A model generated the notes under the pieces. That model saw only the letters and a list, made by a program, of their open reading frames with translations. It searched no databases and was not told the origin of the DNA. Below, piece by piece: positions 25,101 through 35,139 of a stretch of DNA of 52,653 nt (position 1 is its first letter; each line of letters opens with the position of its first letter). The position numbers were made by a program, and so were the translations under genes. Source of the DNA: Ignavibacteria bacterium (GTDB lineage Bacteria; Elusimicrobiota; Endomicrobiia; PHAN01); NCBI GenBank assembly GCA_041694835.1, contig JBGFRZ010000053.1, positions 1 to 52,653 on the forward strand, given 5' to 3'.

Positions 25101-27038
25101 TTAGAATTTAAGCGTTGCGCTGATTCTCCATGAAGCGAGGTCAAGTATTCCAGCCCCTGAACCCATGCCGGAAACACCAAGAATATCAAACGACAGATTT
25201 TCAGACCAATCATAACCGATGCCATAGTAGTACTGCGTGGTTCTCGTTATGCTGTTGGTCACAGTTGTTGTTTCTTGCCCCGTATTTTTACCTGCTCCGG
25301 TGCCTTCATAAGTAACGGGAGCGACTCCGTTGGATTCGACAGTGGTTTTAATTAAACCGTCATTTATTACTTTTGTAGTATTTGTTGCTTTTGCGGCTTG
25401 AATTTGATGTGTTACACCCAACCTCGTTGAAAATTTCCTCCAAACTCTCATTTCAAGTCCGATGGGTATTTGAAGCGTGTCTGTTTTATTTTCATTCACA
25501 AAAGTTGCGGTGTCAGTATCTTCAACTGTTGTGCGGTTATCTGTATCTAAAGGATCGTTCGTATCATTGACAACTTCTCCGTCGTTGTCCCCATCGAAAG
25601 TAGAGACATCTTTTCTTGACCTTGTATAACCCCCGTCGGTTTTAGCGGTTACCATTGTGTAAATAGCTCCAAATCCAAGCGTTACATTATTTTTAAGTTC
25701 AGCTTCTCCGCCGAGAGTTATTCCAACCGTATTGTTGGCTATATCGCCTGACACCGAGTAGGTTGTGTTGTCATTTTCCGTGGTTTTTGAGCGCCCACCG
25801 GCAACATTTGCTGCACTTGAAAAATAAACATTGGAATATGGCAGTGAGAGAGCGCCGGTTAATTTCTGTGGGACAGATTGTATATTGACACGTCCCACCA
25901 ATTTAAGAGCATCAGTTAATTTATAATAAGAATCCGCTCCTATATTTATGCCTGTTCCATCGGATTTTGCCGTGCCGATTTCGTTGCCGGTTATTCCCAA
26001 CCATCCTAGCGCACTGAACCCCCCCCAATTCATTCCGCCCGTCCAATCAAAACCATTCGTGACGGCTCCTGGAAGAAGTCCGAATCCTCCGGGAAGTGTA
26101 ACCAGATTGCCGTCAACCGCTGTGGCTTCAGCGGTTATGGGGTCTCCAGGTATTGCACCAGCAGTTTGGGATAAGTCAATGCTGACTTTGGCGGTTGATG
26201 CTCTGACTCTCTGCCTTGAGGTTGAAACGATACCTAAAACCGCTCCGACATTCAATTTATCGTCCAACAATCTAAAGCGAGTTCCTAAATTCGCCCTAAT
26301 TGTTGAATTTTTATTTGTTTCTTTAGCGTCTAATGAATAGTTGTGGGTCGTCACTATATTGGAAGGAGTTCCGATTGTGGTTAACCGCCTATAATGACTT
26401 CCTGTGATTGGTTCTTCAGAAGAAGGGTTGCCGTTTATGTCGGCATCATCGTAAAAAATGTTAGCTCCAAATTTTAACAAGCCAAGCAAGTTCATTGAAA
26501 ACAATGCGTTATAGTCAGTGCCGAAAGTTGAAATCTCGCGATTCGCCCTTTGATTGTCAACCCTTGTCCAGTCGCCGACATCAGTGTAGTCACCATCGTT
26601 ATTAGTATCACCTTGTGTGACCGTGTCTAACTTTCTATCGCCTGTGAACCCAAGAGTATTAATCGCCCCCATCAGATTGGAACCAGAATTATAGAGTAGT
26701 CCCATTTGGGAATCTGGGAGTATGTCGCCTAAAGGATTGCCGAAACCACCTAATAAAAACTGGTTCAAACCAATCCCACCGGTAGTTGTGCCGCCAAAAG
26801 CTCTGTCAGCCCCCAAATTGCCTCCGCCATATAAGTTTGACAAATTTGTAAAAACTCTGTAGCCGGAGACATTCAGCAAATCAGCCGGGTTTATTGAAAG
26901 AGGGTCGGAATACTCGTCCTCAATTATACCGACAAGATTGGGATTGATGCCCTGCATTCTTACGGATGTGACGCTGAAGTCCGCAAAAGCCGCCGCGGAC
27001 ATTGAAGCCAACAAACAAACTGCGAGCAACTTCTTCAT
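25101..27038 (-). CDS. Putative outer-membrane beta-barrel / surface protein
   Basis: Signal peptide (MKKLLAV..AAAFA), alternating beta-strand pattern, C-terminal WRISATLKF, DTNNDGDY and DGDNDGEV motifs. Confidence 0.7.
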   Translation of the reverse strand: MKKLLAVCLLASMSAAAFADFSVTSVRMQGINPNLVGIIEDEYSDPLSINPADLLNVSGYRVFTNLSNLYGGGNLGADRAFGGTTTGGIGLNQFLLGGFGNPLGDILPDSQMGLLYNSGSNLMGAINTLGFTGDRKLDTVTQGDTNNDGDYTDVGDWTRVDNQRANREISTFGTDYNALFSMNLLGLLKFGANIFYDDADINGNPSSEEPITGSHYRRLTTIGTPSNIVTTHNYSLDAKETNKNSTIRANLGTRFRLLDDKLNVGAVLGIVSTSRQRVRASTAKVSIDLSQTAGAIPGDPITAEATAVDGNLVTLPGGFGLLPGAVTNGFDWTGGMNWGGFSALGWLGITGNEIGTAKSDGTGINIGADSYYKLTDALKLVGRVNIQSVPQKLTGALSLPYSNVYFSSAANVAGGRSKTTENDNTTYSVSGDIANNTVGITLGGEAELKNNVTLGFGAIYTMVTAKTDGGYTRSRKDVSTFDGDNDGEVVNDTNDPLDTDNRTTVEDTDTATFVNENKTDTLQIPIGLEMRVWRKFSTRLGVTHQIQAAKATNTTKVINDGLIKTTVESNGVAPVTYEGTGAGKNTGQETTTVTNSITRTTQYYYGIGYDWSENLSFDILGVSGMGSGAGILDLASWRISATLKF

Positions 27039-27175
27039 AATGCTCCCTCCCGTCTCGTGATTTAACTCCCATTCTTGCCAAAGTATACAAAAATAGCACT
27101 AGATTGTCAATCCCGGTTAAAAACCTCACATGCTTTACATCGCTTGATTGAGGGCTTTTGATTATTTCTATAGTA

Positions 27176-27513
27176 GTGCTCCGTCTCGTGAATAATTGAC
27201 ATTTTGCACAGGTGATTTTGAGGCGAAACAAAGAACGAGGAGTGAAGCATACCCTCTGTGGTATGTGAGCGACGAGTGATGAAGTTGTAGCCCAAAAGCG
27301 CCGTGCCCTTCGGGGTTCGTCATCTTTGGGGCATTCTTAAGTCACTCCTCGCTTATGTAGCACTGCGGCTACACCGCACTCGTCGTTCCTTTCACCCCGT
27401 TAGATATTCAAAGTCGAATGGAATGAACACTGTTAGGTATCAATTATCTAACGGGGCGAACTGCCCTCAAATCTAACGAACCAAGATGCTCAACTATTTG
27501 CGAGACGGAGCAC
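27176..27513. mobile_element. MITE (338 bp) carrying a nested CACCCCGTTAGA..TCTAACGGGG module
   Basis: TIRs GTGCTCCGTCTCGTGAATA / TATTTGCGAGACGGAGCAC; TAGTA on both sides; internal CGAGGAGTGA/TCACTCCTCG and CGACGAGTG/CACTCGTCG inverted pairs. Confidence 0.85.
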
Positions 27514-27553
27514 TAGTATGCTATAATTTCTAATTGTATGAGGTTATTAAGGT

Positions 27554-28717
27554 ATGGCGAGCGAAGAAGTCAGACTTTACAAAATCATCTCTGCCGGGCT
27601 TGAACTTGCTGAAGTGAGGGACGAGGACATGCTTCTCGAGAAAGTCCTTCTTGAGGCAAGGAAGTTTTTCAACGCAGACGCCGGCTCTATTTACATAAAA
27701 GACGACAACACGCTCCTTTTTAGATGCGCTCAGAACGACACGCTCATAAAAAGACTGCCACCCTCTAGGAAGCTGATATATTCCACTTTTACCGTGCCAA
27801 TAAATCATAAATCCGTAGCGGGATATGTAGCGGTTTCGGGAGAGACGTTGAATTCGCCCGATGTTTATTCGATTCCGACCGACCGACCTTATTTATTCGA
27901 CAAAAATTACGATAAAATTTCTGATTATCGGTCAAAATCGATGCTCACGACGCCGCTTAAAACGAGCAGAAACAAGATAATCGGCGTTCTTCAGTTGATA
28001 AATTCGAAAAGCGAATCGGGTGAAATTGTTTCTTTCCGCCCGGAAGATGAGCCTTTTCTGAAGCACTTCGCGAATATAGCCGCCACCGCGATTGAAAGGG
28101 CGCAGCTTGTAAGAACGACAATTTTAAGAATGATAAGCATGGCTGAACTTAGGGACCCGCATGAGACAGGCGTTCACGTGAACCGCGTCGGGGCGTATTC
28201 CATAGAAATCTATGAGGCGTGGGCTAAAAAGAAAGGATTGAAAGAAAACGAGGTTGAAAGAAACAAGGACACCCTGAGAATGGCGGCGATGCTTCATGAT
28301 GTCGGCAAGGTTGCCATATCCGACGTCATACTGAAAAAACCCGACAGGTTCGACGAGAACGAGTTCAACATGATGAAAAATCACACGACATTGGGTGCGA
28401 AACTTTTCGAGGACGGACAATCCGAGATGGATGAGATGGCGGCTGAAATCGCCCTTAACCATCACGAGAAGTGGAACGGGGCGGGTTATCCGAACGGGAA
28501 GAAGGGGGAAGAAATTCCTATTATGGCAAGGATTGTGGCTGTGGCCGATGTGTATGACGCACTTATATCAAAGAGGTCATATAAAGAGGAATTCTCCGAG
28601 CGGGAAGCTCTGAAAATCATAAGAGAAGAATCGGGCGGCCATTTTGATCCGGGGATTACGGATGCTTTTTTTGATTCGCTTGATATTATAAGGGCGATAA
28701 CTCAGAGGTATAAATAA
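27554..28717 (+). CDS. GAF + HD-GYP domain protein (cyclic dinucleotide phosphodiesterase-like)
   Basis: GVLQLIN GAF motif; ETGVHVNRV, LHDVGK, HHEKWNGAGYP, ADVYDAL..KRSYK. Confidence 0.92.
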   Translation: MASEEVRLYKIISAGLELAEVRDEDMLLEKVLLEARKFFNADAGSIYIKDDNTLLFRCAQNDTLIKRLPPSRKLIYSTFTVPINHKSVAGYVAVSGETLNSPDVYSIPTDRPYLFDKNYDKISDYRSKSMLTTPLKTSRNKIIGVLQLINSKSESGEIVSFRPEDEPFLKHFANIAATAIERAQLVRTTILRMISMAELRDPHETGVHVNRVGAYSIEIYEAWAKKKGLKENEVERNKDTLRMAAMLHDVGKVAISDVILKKPDRFDENEFNMMKNHTTLGAKLFEDGQSEMDEMAAEIALNHHEKWNGAGYPNGKKGEEIPIMARIVAVADVYDALISKRSYKEEFSEREALKIIREESGGHFDPGITDAFFDSLDIIRAITQRYK

Positions 28718-28816
28718 AAATTCGCGCTTTTAGAAAAAATTTTGCGGAAAATTATGGTCGGCTTCAAAATAGTTGACAACAGATTCTTCGGGAAGTTGAA
28801 GTTGTAGTCGGAGAGA

Positions 28817-29569
28817 TTAAATCTCGTTTAAAAGTTTCATCACGAGTTTGATGTCTTCCCATGTATATTTTTTTAAGGCAGGATTTCGCAAAAGTGCTGC
28901 GGGATGATATGTCGGGACCATCTTTATGTTGAGAGATTTTATTTTCAGTTCAATGACCCTCCCCCTAAGATTGCCTATGGTTTCTTCGGTGTCGAGCAGC
29001 CCTTGGGTTGCGGTATTTCCGAGGGCACAGATTACTTTAGGGCCGATTATCTCTATCTGTTTTTCAAGATACGACATACATTTTTCCATCTCTTCTTTCG
29101 TCGGGGGACGGTCGTTGCCTCTTTTTTCCGGGTTAGTCGGGTCAATCATAGGATGGCATTTGGTTATGTTTGTGATATAAACATCTTCTCTTTTTAATTT
29201 CATCGCTTCGATTATTTTGTTCAATAATTGTCCCGCCCGCCCGACGAATGGCTCACCTTGGCGGTCCTCATCGTATCCGGGACCTTCACCAACGAACATA
29301 AGCGGAGAAGATGGATTTCCGACACCGAAGACGAAGTTCAGCCGCGTTTTTCCAAGCGGACATTTGCGGCAGTTCCTGATTTTTTCGTACAGGTTGTTTA
29401 GTTCGGTGTTTCCCCTTTGTTTTTCAGACGATAAATTCGAACATTTGTTCGAATCTTTCGACACAACCTGTTTTTTCGTTTTTTCGGTCTTCATAGAGAA
29501 ATATCCAACACCCCAGTTTGCCTGCTCATCTATATAAGCGTTTATATATGCGTCAATCGATTTTTCCAT
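28817..29569 (-). CDS. udg: Family 4 uracil-DNA glycosylase
   Basis: CRKCPL, VGEGPG, PFVGRAG, N..KC, PTYHPAALLR. Confidence 0.9.
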   Translation of the reverse strand: MEKSIDAYINAYIDEQANWGVGYFSMKTEKTKKQVVSKDSNKCSNLSSEKQRGNTELNNLYEKIRNCRKCPLGKTRLNFVFGVGNPSSPLMFVGEGPGYDEDRQGEPFVGRAGQLLNKIIEAMKLKREDVYITNITKCHPMIDPTNPEKRGNDRPPTKEEMEKCMSYLEKQIEIIGPKVICALGNTATQGLLDTEETIGNLRGRVIELKIKSLNIKMVPTYHPAALLRNPALKKYTWEDIKLVMKLLNEI

Positions 29570-30200
29570 CTGCATAATCGGAGATTATTTTTAATATCTT
29601 TTTTGCGATGATTTTCTTCGGCGATTTTTTTAGTTTTATGATTTCCCCGTTTTTTAAAATGACAGCGGCCTCCGATTTGTCTGACTCCATCGATTCGGAC
29701 GGATTCGCTATGACGATGTCCAAACTTTTTTCATAGAGTTTTTTTCGGGCGTTTTTGATTATATTTTCGGTTTCAAGTGCGAATCCCACGATGATTTTAC
29801 CTTTTTTAGTTTTTGATTCGGTCGCTGATTTTAATATATCGCTTGTCGGAGCGAGTTTTATCGTCATAACTTGTGAGCTTTTTTTGATTTTTGATTTTTC
29901 AAATCTAAGAGGTTTATAGTCGCTCACCGCCGCACACGATATAAAAACATCGCACTCCGGAAAGCATTTTCTTACCTCTTTGTGCATATCCTCGGCTGAT
30001 ATAATGCTTATAACCCTTGTTTTTAAAGGCGGCTTCAGGCAAGTTGGTCCGCTTATTAGCGTTACAATATTTCCTTTTTTCAGCGCTTCTTCGGCAATCA
30101 GGTAGCCCATTTTTCCCGACGAAGCGTTAGAGATGAATCTGACCGGGTCCATATATTCTCTTGTTGGCCCAGCCGTTATCAGAAATTTTCTTTTTTTCAT
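29553..30200 (-). CDS. coaB: Phosphopantothenate--cysteine ligase (stand-alone CoaB)
   Basis: ITAGPTREYMDPVRFISNASSGKMG, AAVSDY, VGFALET. Confidence 0.92.
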   Translation of the reverse strand: MKKRKFLITAGPTREYMDPVRFISNASSGKMGYLIAEEALKKGNIVTLISGPTCLKPPLKTRVISIISAEDMHKEVRKCFPECDVFISCAAVSDYKPLRFEKSKIKKSSQVMTIKLAPTSDILKSATESKTKKGKIIVGFALETENIIKNARKKLYEKSLDIVIANPSESMESDKSEAAVILKNGEIIKLKKSPKKIIAKKILKIISDYADGKID

Positions 30201-30260
30201 CTGCCATGCCTCAAATAAACATTCTCGATAATTTTTCTCTTGTTACAATGCGGGACAGGT

Positions 30261-30791
30261 TCATTTAAGGAAGGATTTTACCGCTTTAAAAATATTCTCG
30301 GCTTCGGGCAACCTGCCAATGTCCTCGTCTCCGCAGGCAAGCTTACCTTTTTCAGGGGGAATAATTTTGTAACCGTAGCTTTTTAGTTTTTTTATGTTTT
30401 CGGCTGTAGCGGGATGTTTCCACATGTTTGAATTCATAGCGGGACACAATACCACGGGACTTTTGCTCGATATTATGACAGCTGATAAAATATCCTCGCA
30501 TCTTCCCGACGCTATCCTTGATATAGCGTCGCATGAAGCCGGGGCGACGAGTATCAGGTCGGCCCACTTCGATAACGCTATATGTTCTTCCTTGAAGTCG
30601 TCCGAGAACATATCCATATAAACCTTCTCGGAAGAAAGCGTCTGGAGGGTTGTTTTTGTTATGAATTTACTCCCGGCTTTGGTAAGTATGCATTTTATCG
30701 CGTATCCGTTCTTCCTGAATAATCTTAAAAGGTAGGCCGATTTATACGCCGATATGCTGCCCGTTATGCCCAGTATGATGTTTTTCTTCAT
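30261..30791 (-). CDS. coaC: Phosphopantothenoylcysteine decarboxylase (stand-alone CoaC)
   Basis: GITGSISAYK, HIAL, APAS, PAMNSNMW, LACGDEDIGRL. Confidence 0.92.
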   Translation of the reverse strand: MKKNIILGITGSISAYKSAYLLRLFRKNGYAIKCILTKAGSKFITKTTLQTLSSEKVYMDMFSDDFKEEHIALSKWADLILVAPASCDAISRIASGRCEDILSAVIISSKSPVVLCPAMNSNMWKHPATAENIKKLKSYGYKIIPPEKGKLACGDEDIGRLPEAENIFKAVKSFLK

Positions 30792-31108
30792 TTTTTGCTT
30801 TTTTTCCCTTTTTGTTCGGTTTTCTTTTCTGTCTCTTTATCCGTAGTTTCTTTTTCCCGCGAAGTTTCCGTATTAGAAAGATCCGACTGCTTTTTACTGT
30901 TAAGTTGCTCGAGTATTTCTTCTGGAGTGATTTCGCCTTTCTGTATATCCGTTACGCTTTTTTGAATCAGTTGGGAAACGGAGAGCTTGCTTAACTCCGG
31001 ATTTTGTTTGAGCAGGTTGAAATAAATTGAAGAGTATTTAACAATGTCATACTTCGATATCTGCCCCCCTGTTTTTTTCAAATCCGGCTGCGTTGGCTTT
31101 TTTGTCAT
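30788..31108 (-). CDS. Hypothetical protein, candidate divergent RNA polymerase omega subunit
   Basis: Sits between gmk and coaC; SKYDIV..and..DIQKGEI resemble omega motifs. Confidence 0.55.
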   Translation of the reverse strand: MTKKPTQPDLKKTGGQISKYDIVKYSSIYFNLLKQNPELSKLSVSQLIQKSVTDIQKGEITPEEILEQLNSKKQSDLSNTETSREKETTDKETEKKTEQKGKKSKK

Positions 31109-31122
31109 TTTAAATCTCCTCG

Positions 31123-31710
31123 TCAGTTTTCGCTTTTTATCCTCAATCTTTCAGCGGTTATTATGGCGACCATCTTTTTGACGGCGTCTCCCATTTTGTC
31201 GTTTATCACAAGATAGTTATAGTTTTTTAGACGCCGTAGTTCGTTTTTGGCGTTTTTAAGTCGCATCTTTATCACTCTAGAGTCCTCCGACCCTCTGTTT
31301 ATGAGACGTTCTTTCAGTATTCGGAATGTCGGCGTCATTATGAATACGAAAACCGTGTTCGGAAGGTTCAGTTTTTTTATTTTCATAGCCCCCTGAACGT
31401 CTATGTCCAATACTACAACTTTTCCCAAGCCTATTTGTCTGGCGATAAATTCCTTCGGCGTTCCATAATAATGGCCGTGGACATTTGCCCATTCAAGAAG
31501 TTTTTTTTTCGCTACGAGTTTTTTAAATTTGTCCTTTGTGACAAAAAAATATGATTTTCCGTCGATTTCCCCTTTTCTCGGCGGCCTTGTCGTCGTTGAA
31601 ACCGAATAGACGGCGATATCTTTCAGAGTCTCTATGACTTTAGAGCAAATTGTCGATTTGCCAGCGCCTGATGGGGCGGACACAATCAATGCAAAACCTT
31701 TTTTTTTCAT
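31123..31710 (-). CDS. gmk: Guanylate kinase
   Basis: SAPSGAGKST, TTRPPRKGE.DG..Y.FV, YYGT, LDIDVQGA. Confidence 0.96.
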   Translation of the reverse strand: MKKKGFALIVSAPSGAGKSTICSKVIETLKDIAVYSVSTTTRPPRKGEIDGKSYFFVTKDKFKKLVAKKKLLEWANVHGHYYGTPKEFIARQIGLGKVVVLDIDVQGAMKIKKLNLPNTVFVFIMTPTFRILKERLINRGSEDSRVIKMRLKNAKNELRRLKNYNYLVINDKMGDAVKKMVAIITAERLRIKSEN

Positions 31711-31769
31711 AATTTCGGACGGTCGTTTCAGAGATTATATCAAATTGTTTTTGGGCTTCAAAATTTTTC

Positions 31770-32388
31770 GGGTCTTCTCCATTTTTTGTTGTGCGTATAA
31801 AAACAAAGTGTTTGAGCGGGTTTAATCAAGTGTGAACACTTGATTACCTCGCAGTCCCGATTTATCGGGACGAGAATGAGCGAAAATACTTTGTTTTTAC
31901 ATAGGGTCTGCTGACGCTACGCTAAAATGCTAAAAATTCAAGCACTACGACGGGAATTAAACAACTGAAACCACAAAAATAGCGCTCAAAGTGCACGATT
32001 TTTTGCTATTTTTACGCAAAAACCTTGCAGTTTATTACAAAAATAAAACCTTTTACCACAGAGACACGGGGAAAAATGAAAGTATCACAGAGAAATTACC
32101 GACGGAGATGTGAGTTCCGTGTTATTAAAACTCTGAACCACGAAGACACGAAACAATCCCCCTTAAATCCCCCTTTATTAAAGGGGGAAATGGGTGGATT
32201 ATTTTTTTCGTGATTTCTAACTTTCGTGCTTTCGTGGTAAAGTTTTTTCTCTGTGTTCATGGTGCCTCTGTGGTGAATTTTAGCGAAGCGTCAGTGAGCC
32301 CTACATAGTCAGACAATTAACCCCACACACATCATAGCGGTATTGCAAAATCTTTACCCAATGTTACAACAACATTTGGAGAAGAGCC
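31770..32388. mobile_element. MITE family A, copy interrupted by a nested element
   Basis: 31770-31903 and 32308-32388 match 14883-15097; flanks AATTTTTC / AATTTTTT. Confidence 0.85.
31904..32301. mobile_element. Nested MITE (398 bp)
   Basis: ~25-bp imperfect TIRs GGGTCTGCTGACGCTACGCTAAAAT / GGGCTCACTGACGCTTCGCTAAAAT; TACATA target duplication. Confidence 0.85.
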
Positions 32389-32409
32389 AATTTTTTTAAC
32401 TGAAGGGAT

Positions 32410-33459
32410 TTATACATCGCCAGATGTCAGTCTTCCCCCCGGTTTCTCGCCTATTGTATTGACTCTGTCAGAGAATCGCTCCATCTTTTTAGCGGCATCG
32501 TCGTATTTGTTCCTGGCCGAGTTCAGGTGTTTGCCGAGCACATCGAAGTCCTCTGAAAATTTGCCGAGCTCGGATTTTAGCCGTTGGAGTTCCTGCAGGA
32601 TTATTTTTGAATCGCGGTCTATCTTCATTCCTTTCAGCCCCAGAACAATGGCTTGAAGGTAGGCATAGAAAGAGTTAGGAGAAGTTGGTATGACCCTTTT
32701 TGACAGAGCATAGGAAGAGATGTTATCCTCGTCGCTATTTTCGTCTTTTATTATCAATTCATAATAGACATTTTCAGCAGGGATGTACATTAGTGCGAAA
32801 TCGAAAGTGCCTTCGTCCGGCAGTATGTACTTTGAAGAAATGGCGTCTATGTGTTTTTTGACATCGGAAGCGAATTTTTTTCGACATGACTTTTTTTCGG
32901 CATCATCAATTGTATCAAGCATTTTTCTGAAATTTTCGAGCGGGAATTTGGAATCGACGGGAACCATCCCCTGCCCCAATCGGATTACGGCGTCCACCAT
33001 TTCGCAGGAGTTAAACCTATATTGAAGGGTGTAGTTTTCTGAAGGAAGAATCTGTGAAAGCAGGTCGCCCAGCAGAAACTCGCCAATGTTTCCCCTGAGT
33101 TTTGGCGCCCTCAGGATTTCCTGAAGGCTCGAGATGTCTTTGCCGATGTCAAAAACCTTGTTTGTCGCGGCTTCAAGTGAACCGAGATTTTTACTGATGT
33201 CGGCGAAAACTTTGTTCGTGCCCTCAAGTCTTTCTCCTATGGTTTTTTGAGAAGTTATAAGGTTAGAGACGACGGATTCGAGTTGTCTATTTATGTTTTC
33301 GCTTAATCTTGAAAAACTCTCATTGTTTTGATTCCTGAGATTTTCCACTTGTTGATTCAGAAGCAGCACGGAGTCGAGGCGCTCAGTTTTTTTTCTTAAA
33401 GCGAGACCAATCCCGGCGCCGAATAGAATCAGAATTATGATTAAAAGCGCGATTTCCAT
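32410..33459 (-). CDS. rmuC: DNA recombination protein RmuC
   Basis: N-terminal TM, PKLRGNIGE, VDSKFP, KYI.P..GTFDFALMYIPAE, SP. Confidence 0.92.
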   Translation of the reverse strand: MEIALLIIILILFGAGIGLALRKKTERLDSVLLLNQQVENLRNQNNESFSRLSENINRQLESVVSNLITSQKTIGERLEGTNKVFADISKNLGSLEAATNKVFDIGKDISSLQEILRAPKLRGNIGEFLLGDLLSQILPSENYTLQYRFNSCEMVDAVIRLGQGMVPVDSKFPLENFRKMLDTIDDAEKKSCRKKFASDVKKHIDAISSKYILPDEGTFDFALMYIPAENVYYELIIKDENSDEDNISSYALSKRVIPTSPNSFYAYLQAIVLGLKGMKIDRDSKIILQELQRLKSELGKFSEDFDVLGKHLNSARNKYDDAAKKMERFSDRVNTIGEKPGGRLTSGDV

Positions 33460-33568
33460 AAATCGGTTTTTTCAGAAGGAAAATTCGAACAAATGTTCGA
33501 TAGTTTTATCCCGCACATTTCGTAAGAATAGTTTGGAAAATGCAGGAAAAGTTTTGCGTTATTTTTTG

Positions 33569-33904
33569 TCACCCCAACGAAGGATGCGGGATTACCTCGC
33601 CCTTAAGCCAGCTGAAGTATTTTTCGTTCGATTCAACATTTATCTTAATTCCGCACGGAATAGTGTAAGGGTGGATTTTCTCGATTTCCCCTCTCACCGC
33701 CTCGAAATTTTCTTCGAGCGTTTTTGCTATAAGCACGGCCTCTGAATCTTCTGTTATCTTCCCTTCCCACCAATATAAACTTTCTATCGGAAAAATATTG
33801 GCGCAAGCGATGAGTTTTTTTTCGAGAAGATGTTTTGCGATATCTTTCGCCTTTTCCTTAGAAGGATTTGTGATGTAGATGAAAATGAAACCATTTTGCG
33901 GCAT
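33569..33904 (-). CDS. cutA: Divalent-cation tolerance protein CutA
   Basis: LLEKKLIACANI, S.Y.WEG, KT, HPY..P. Confidence 0.92.
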   Translation of the reverse strand: MPQNGFIFIYITNPSKEKAKDIAKHLLEKKLIACANIFPIESLYWWEGKITEDSEAVLIAKTLEENFEAVRGEIEKIHPYTIPCGIKINVESNEKYFSWLKGEVIPHPSLG

Positions 33905-33924
33905 AGTTTTGTTATATTTTTTTC

Positions 33925-35139
33925 CTAATCCATTAAAATCGTTGGAACAAAGTTAGGTTTGTTAGTAAGATGCTCAAATATCTGCGCGAATATTTGCTTA
34001 TCCAAAAACAGCCATTTTCGCAAGATATGCGAAACATAATCTACTTCAACAATAGCCATCGCCTTATCCACATCCGAGAGAGCCACCTCGCCGCTCTTTC
34101 TTAGGTAAGCAAACATCTTTGCAAACCATATAATCAGTGAGTAAAAAAGCGTCACCAGTGCCCATGAGTTTATGACCGTGGGCGTCCAGGCTATATCCTT
34201 GCTCCGAATCAAAAGCCAGTTTGCCTCGAGCAGATGTTTGAAATAACGACATAAAAACGAATTGATTTCCGGATTGTCCTCTATAAATCTGACTTTTTCA
34301 ATTTCTATTAGTTTCAGTTTTCCGTACTTTGAGTTCAGGTCACCCTTGTTTCTTACTAAATTTATCAGGTTTTTTAATTTTGTAAACGCCGATTTTTCCT
34401 CACGACCGACGAACTCATAGCCAATAAAAATAGCGAGATACATATTTCTCTTTATAGAGGACGCCTGTGAATCAAAATCAATGACGGTATTCTTTTCAAT
34501 CGCTTTGTCTATAATTTCGCGACTTATTGCCGATGCTCCATTCTCAAGTGCGTATTTTAACATCAACCAAATATGGTTCCATATTTCAAAAAGATATGTT
34601 TTGTTTATCCCCGCTTCCTTTAACTTTTTCAGAATTACCTTTTCGTTTAAGTAAAGCAACGTGCTTTCGTCTATATTTACTCCGTCGTGAAAACTTACGG
34701 GGAAACTCAAATCTCCAGCGCAGACGCCCTGTGCGATGTATCTTTCAACATCGTTCAAGTAATCGCCAACAAGACGGCCTTTGTTTTTTCTTACGGCGGT
34801 GCAGGCGAACGAAACTCTGATGAAATGGCCGCTGGGTGTTTGAATGGGCTTGAAGGGGAATGTCTGGCACATTGAGAGTTTGGCGGCCGGGCCAAGTTCC
34901 ATGTGCATAATACAGTGGTTTTTTTCAGTCAGAAAAATGCAGCCTTTTTTTGGAATTATTCTTAGTGCGCGGTTTTTGGAAACAGGTTCGACTACAACCG
35001 GCTCCGATATGCCGTGTTTCCTGGCGAGATTCTCTATGCTTTCTATTTTTTCATCTTCCACATCTATCCGCCAGTTTCTGCTGCAGCAATCCCCGCAGCA
35101 GGTACATTCGTAAAAAATATCCTCGGGGAATTTTATCAT
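33925..35139 (-). CDS. YkgJ/FliB-like cysteine-cluster protein
   Basis: CTCCGDCC, C.FL....C..H, CQTFPF, SFAC. Confidence 0.7.
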   Translation of the reverse strand: MIKFPEDIFYECTCCGDCCSRNWRIDVEDEKIESIENLARKHGISEPVVVEPVSKNRALRIIPKKGCIFLTEKNHCIMHMELGPAAKLSMCQTFPFKPIQTPSGHFIRVSFACTAVRKNKGRLVGDYLNDVERYIAQGVCAGDLSFPVSFHDGVNIDESTLLYLNEKVILKKLKEAGINKTYLFEIWNHIWLMLKYALENGASAISREIIDKAIEKNTVIDFDSQASSIKRNMYLAIFIGYEFVGREEKSAFTKLKNLINLVRNKGDLNSKYGKLKLIEIEKVRFIEDNPEINSFLCRYFKHLLEANWLLIRSKDIAWTPTVINSWALVTLFYSLIIWFAKMFAYLRKSGEVALSDVDKAMAIVEVDYVSHILRKWLFLDKQIFAQIFEHLTNKPNFVPTILMD

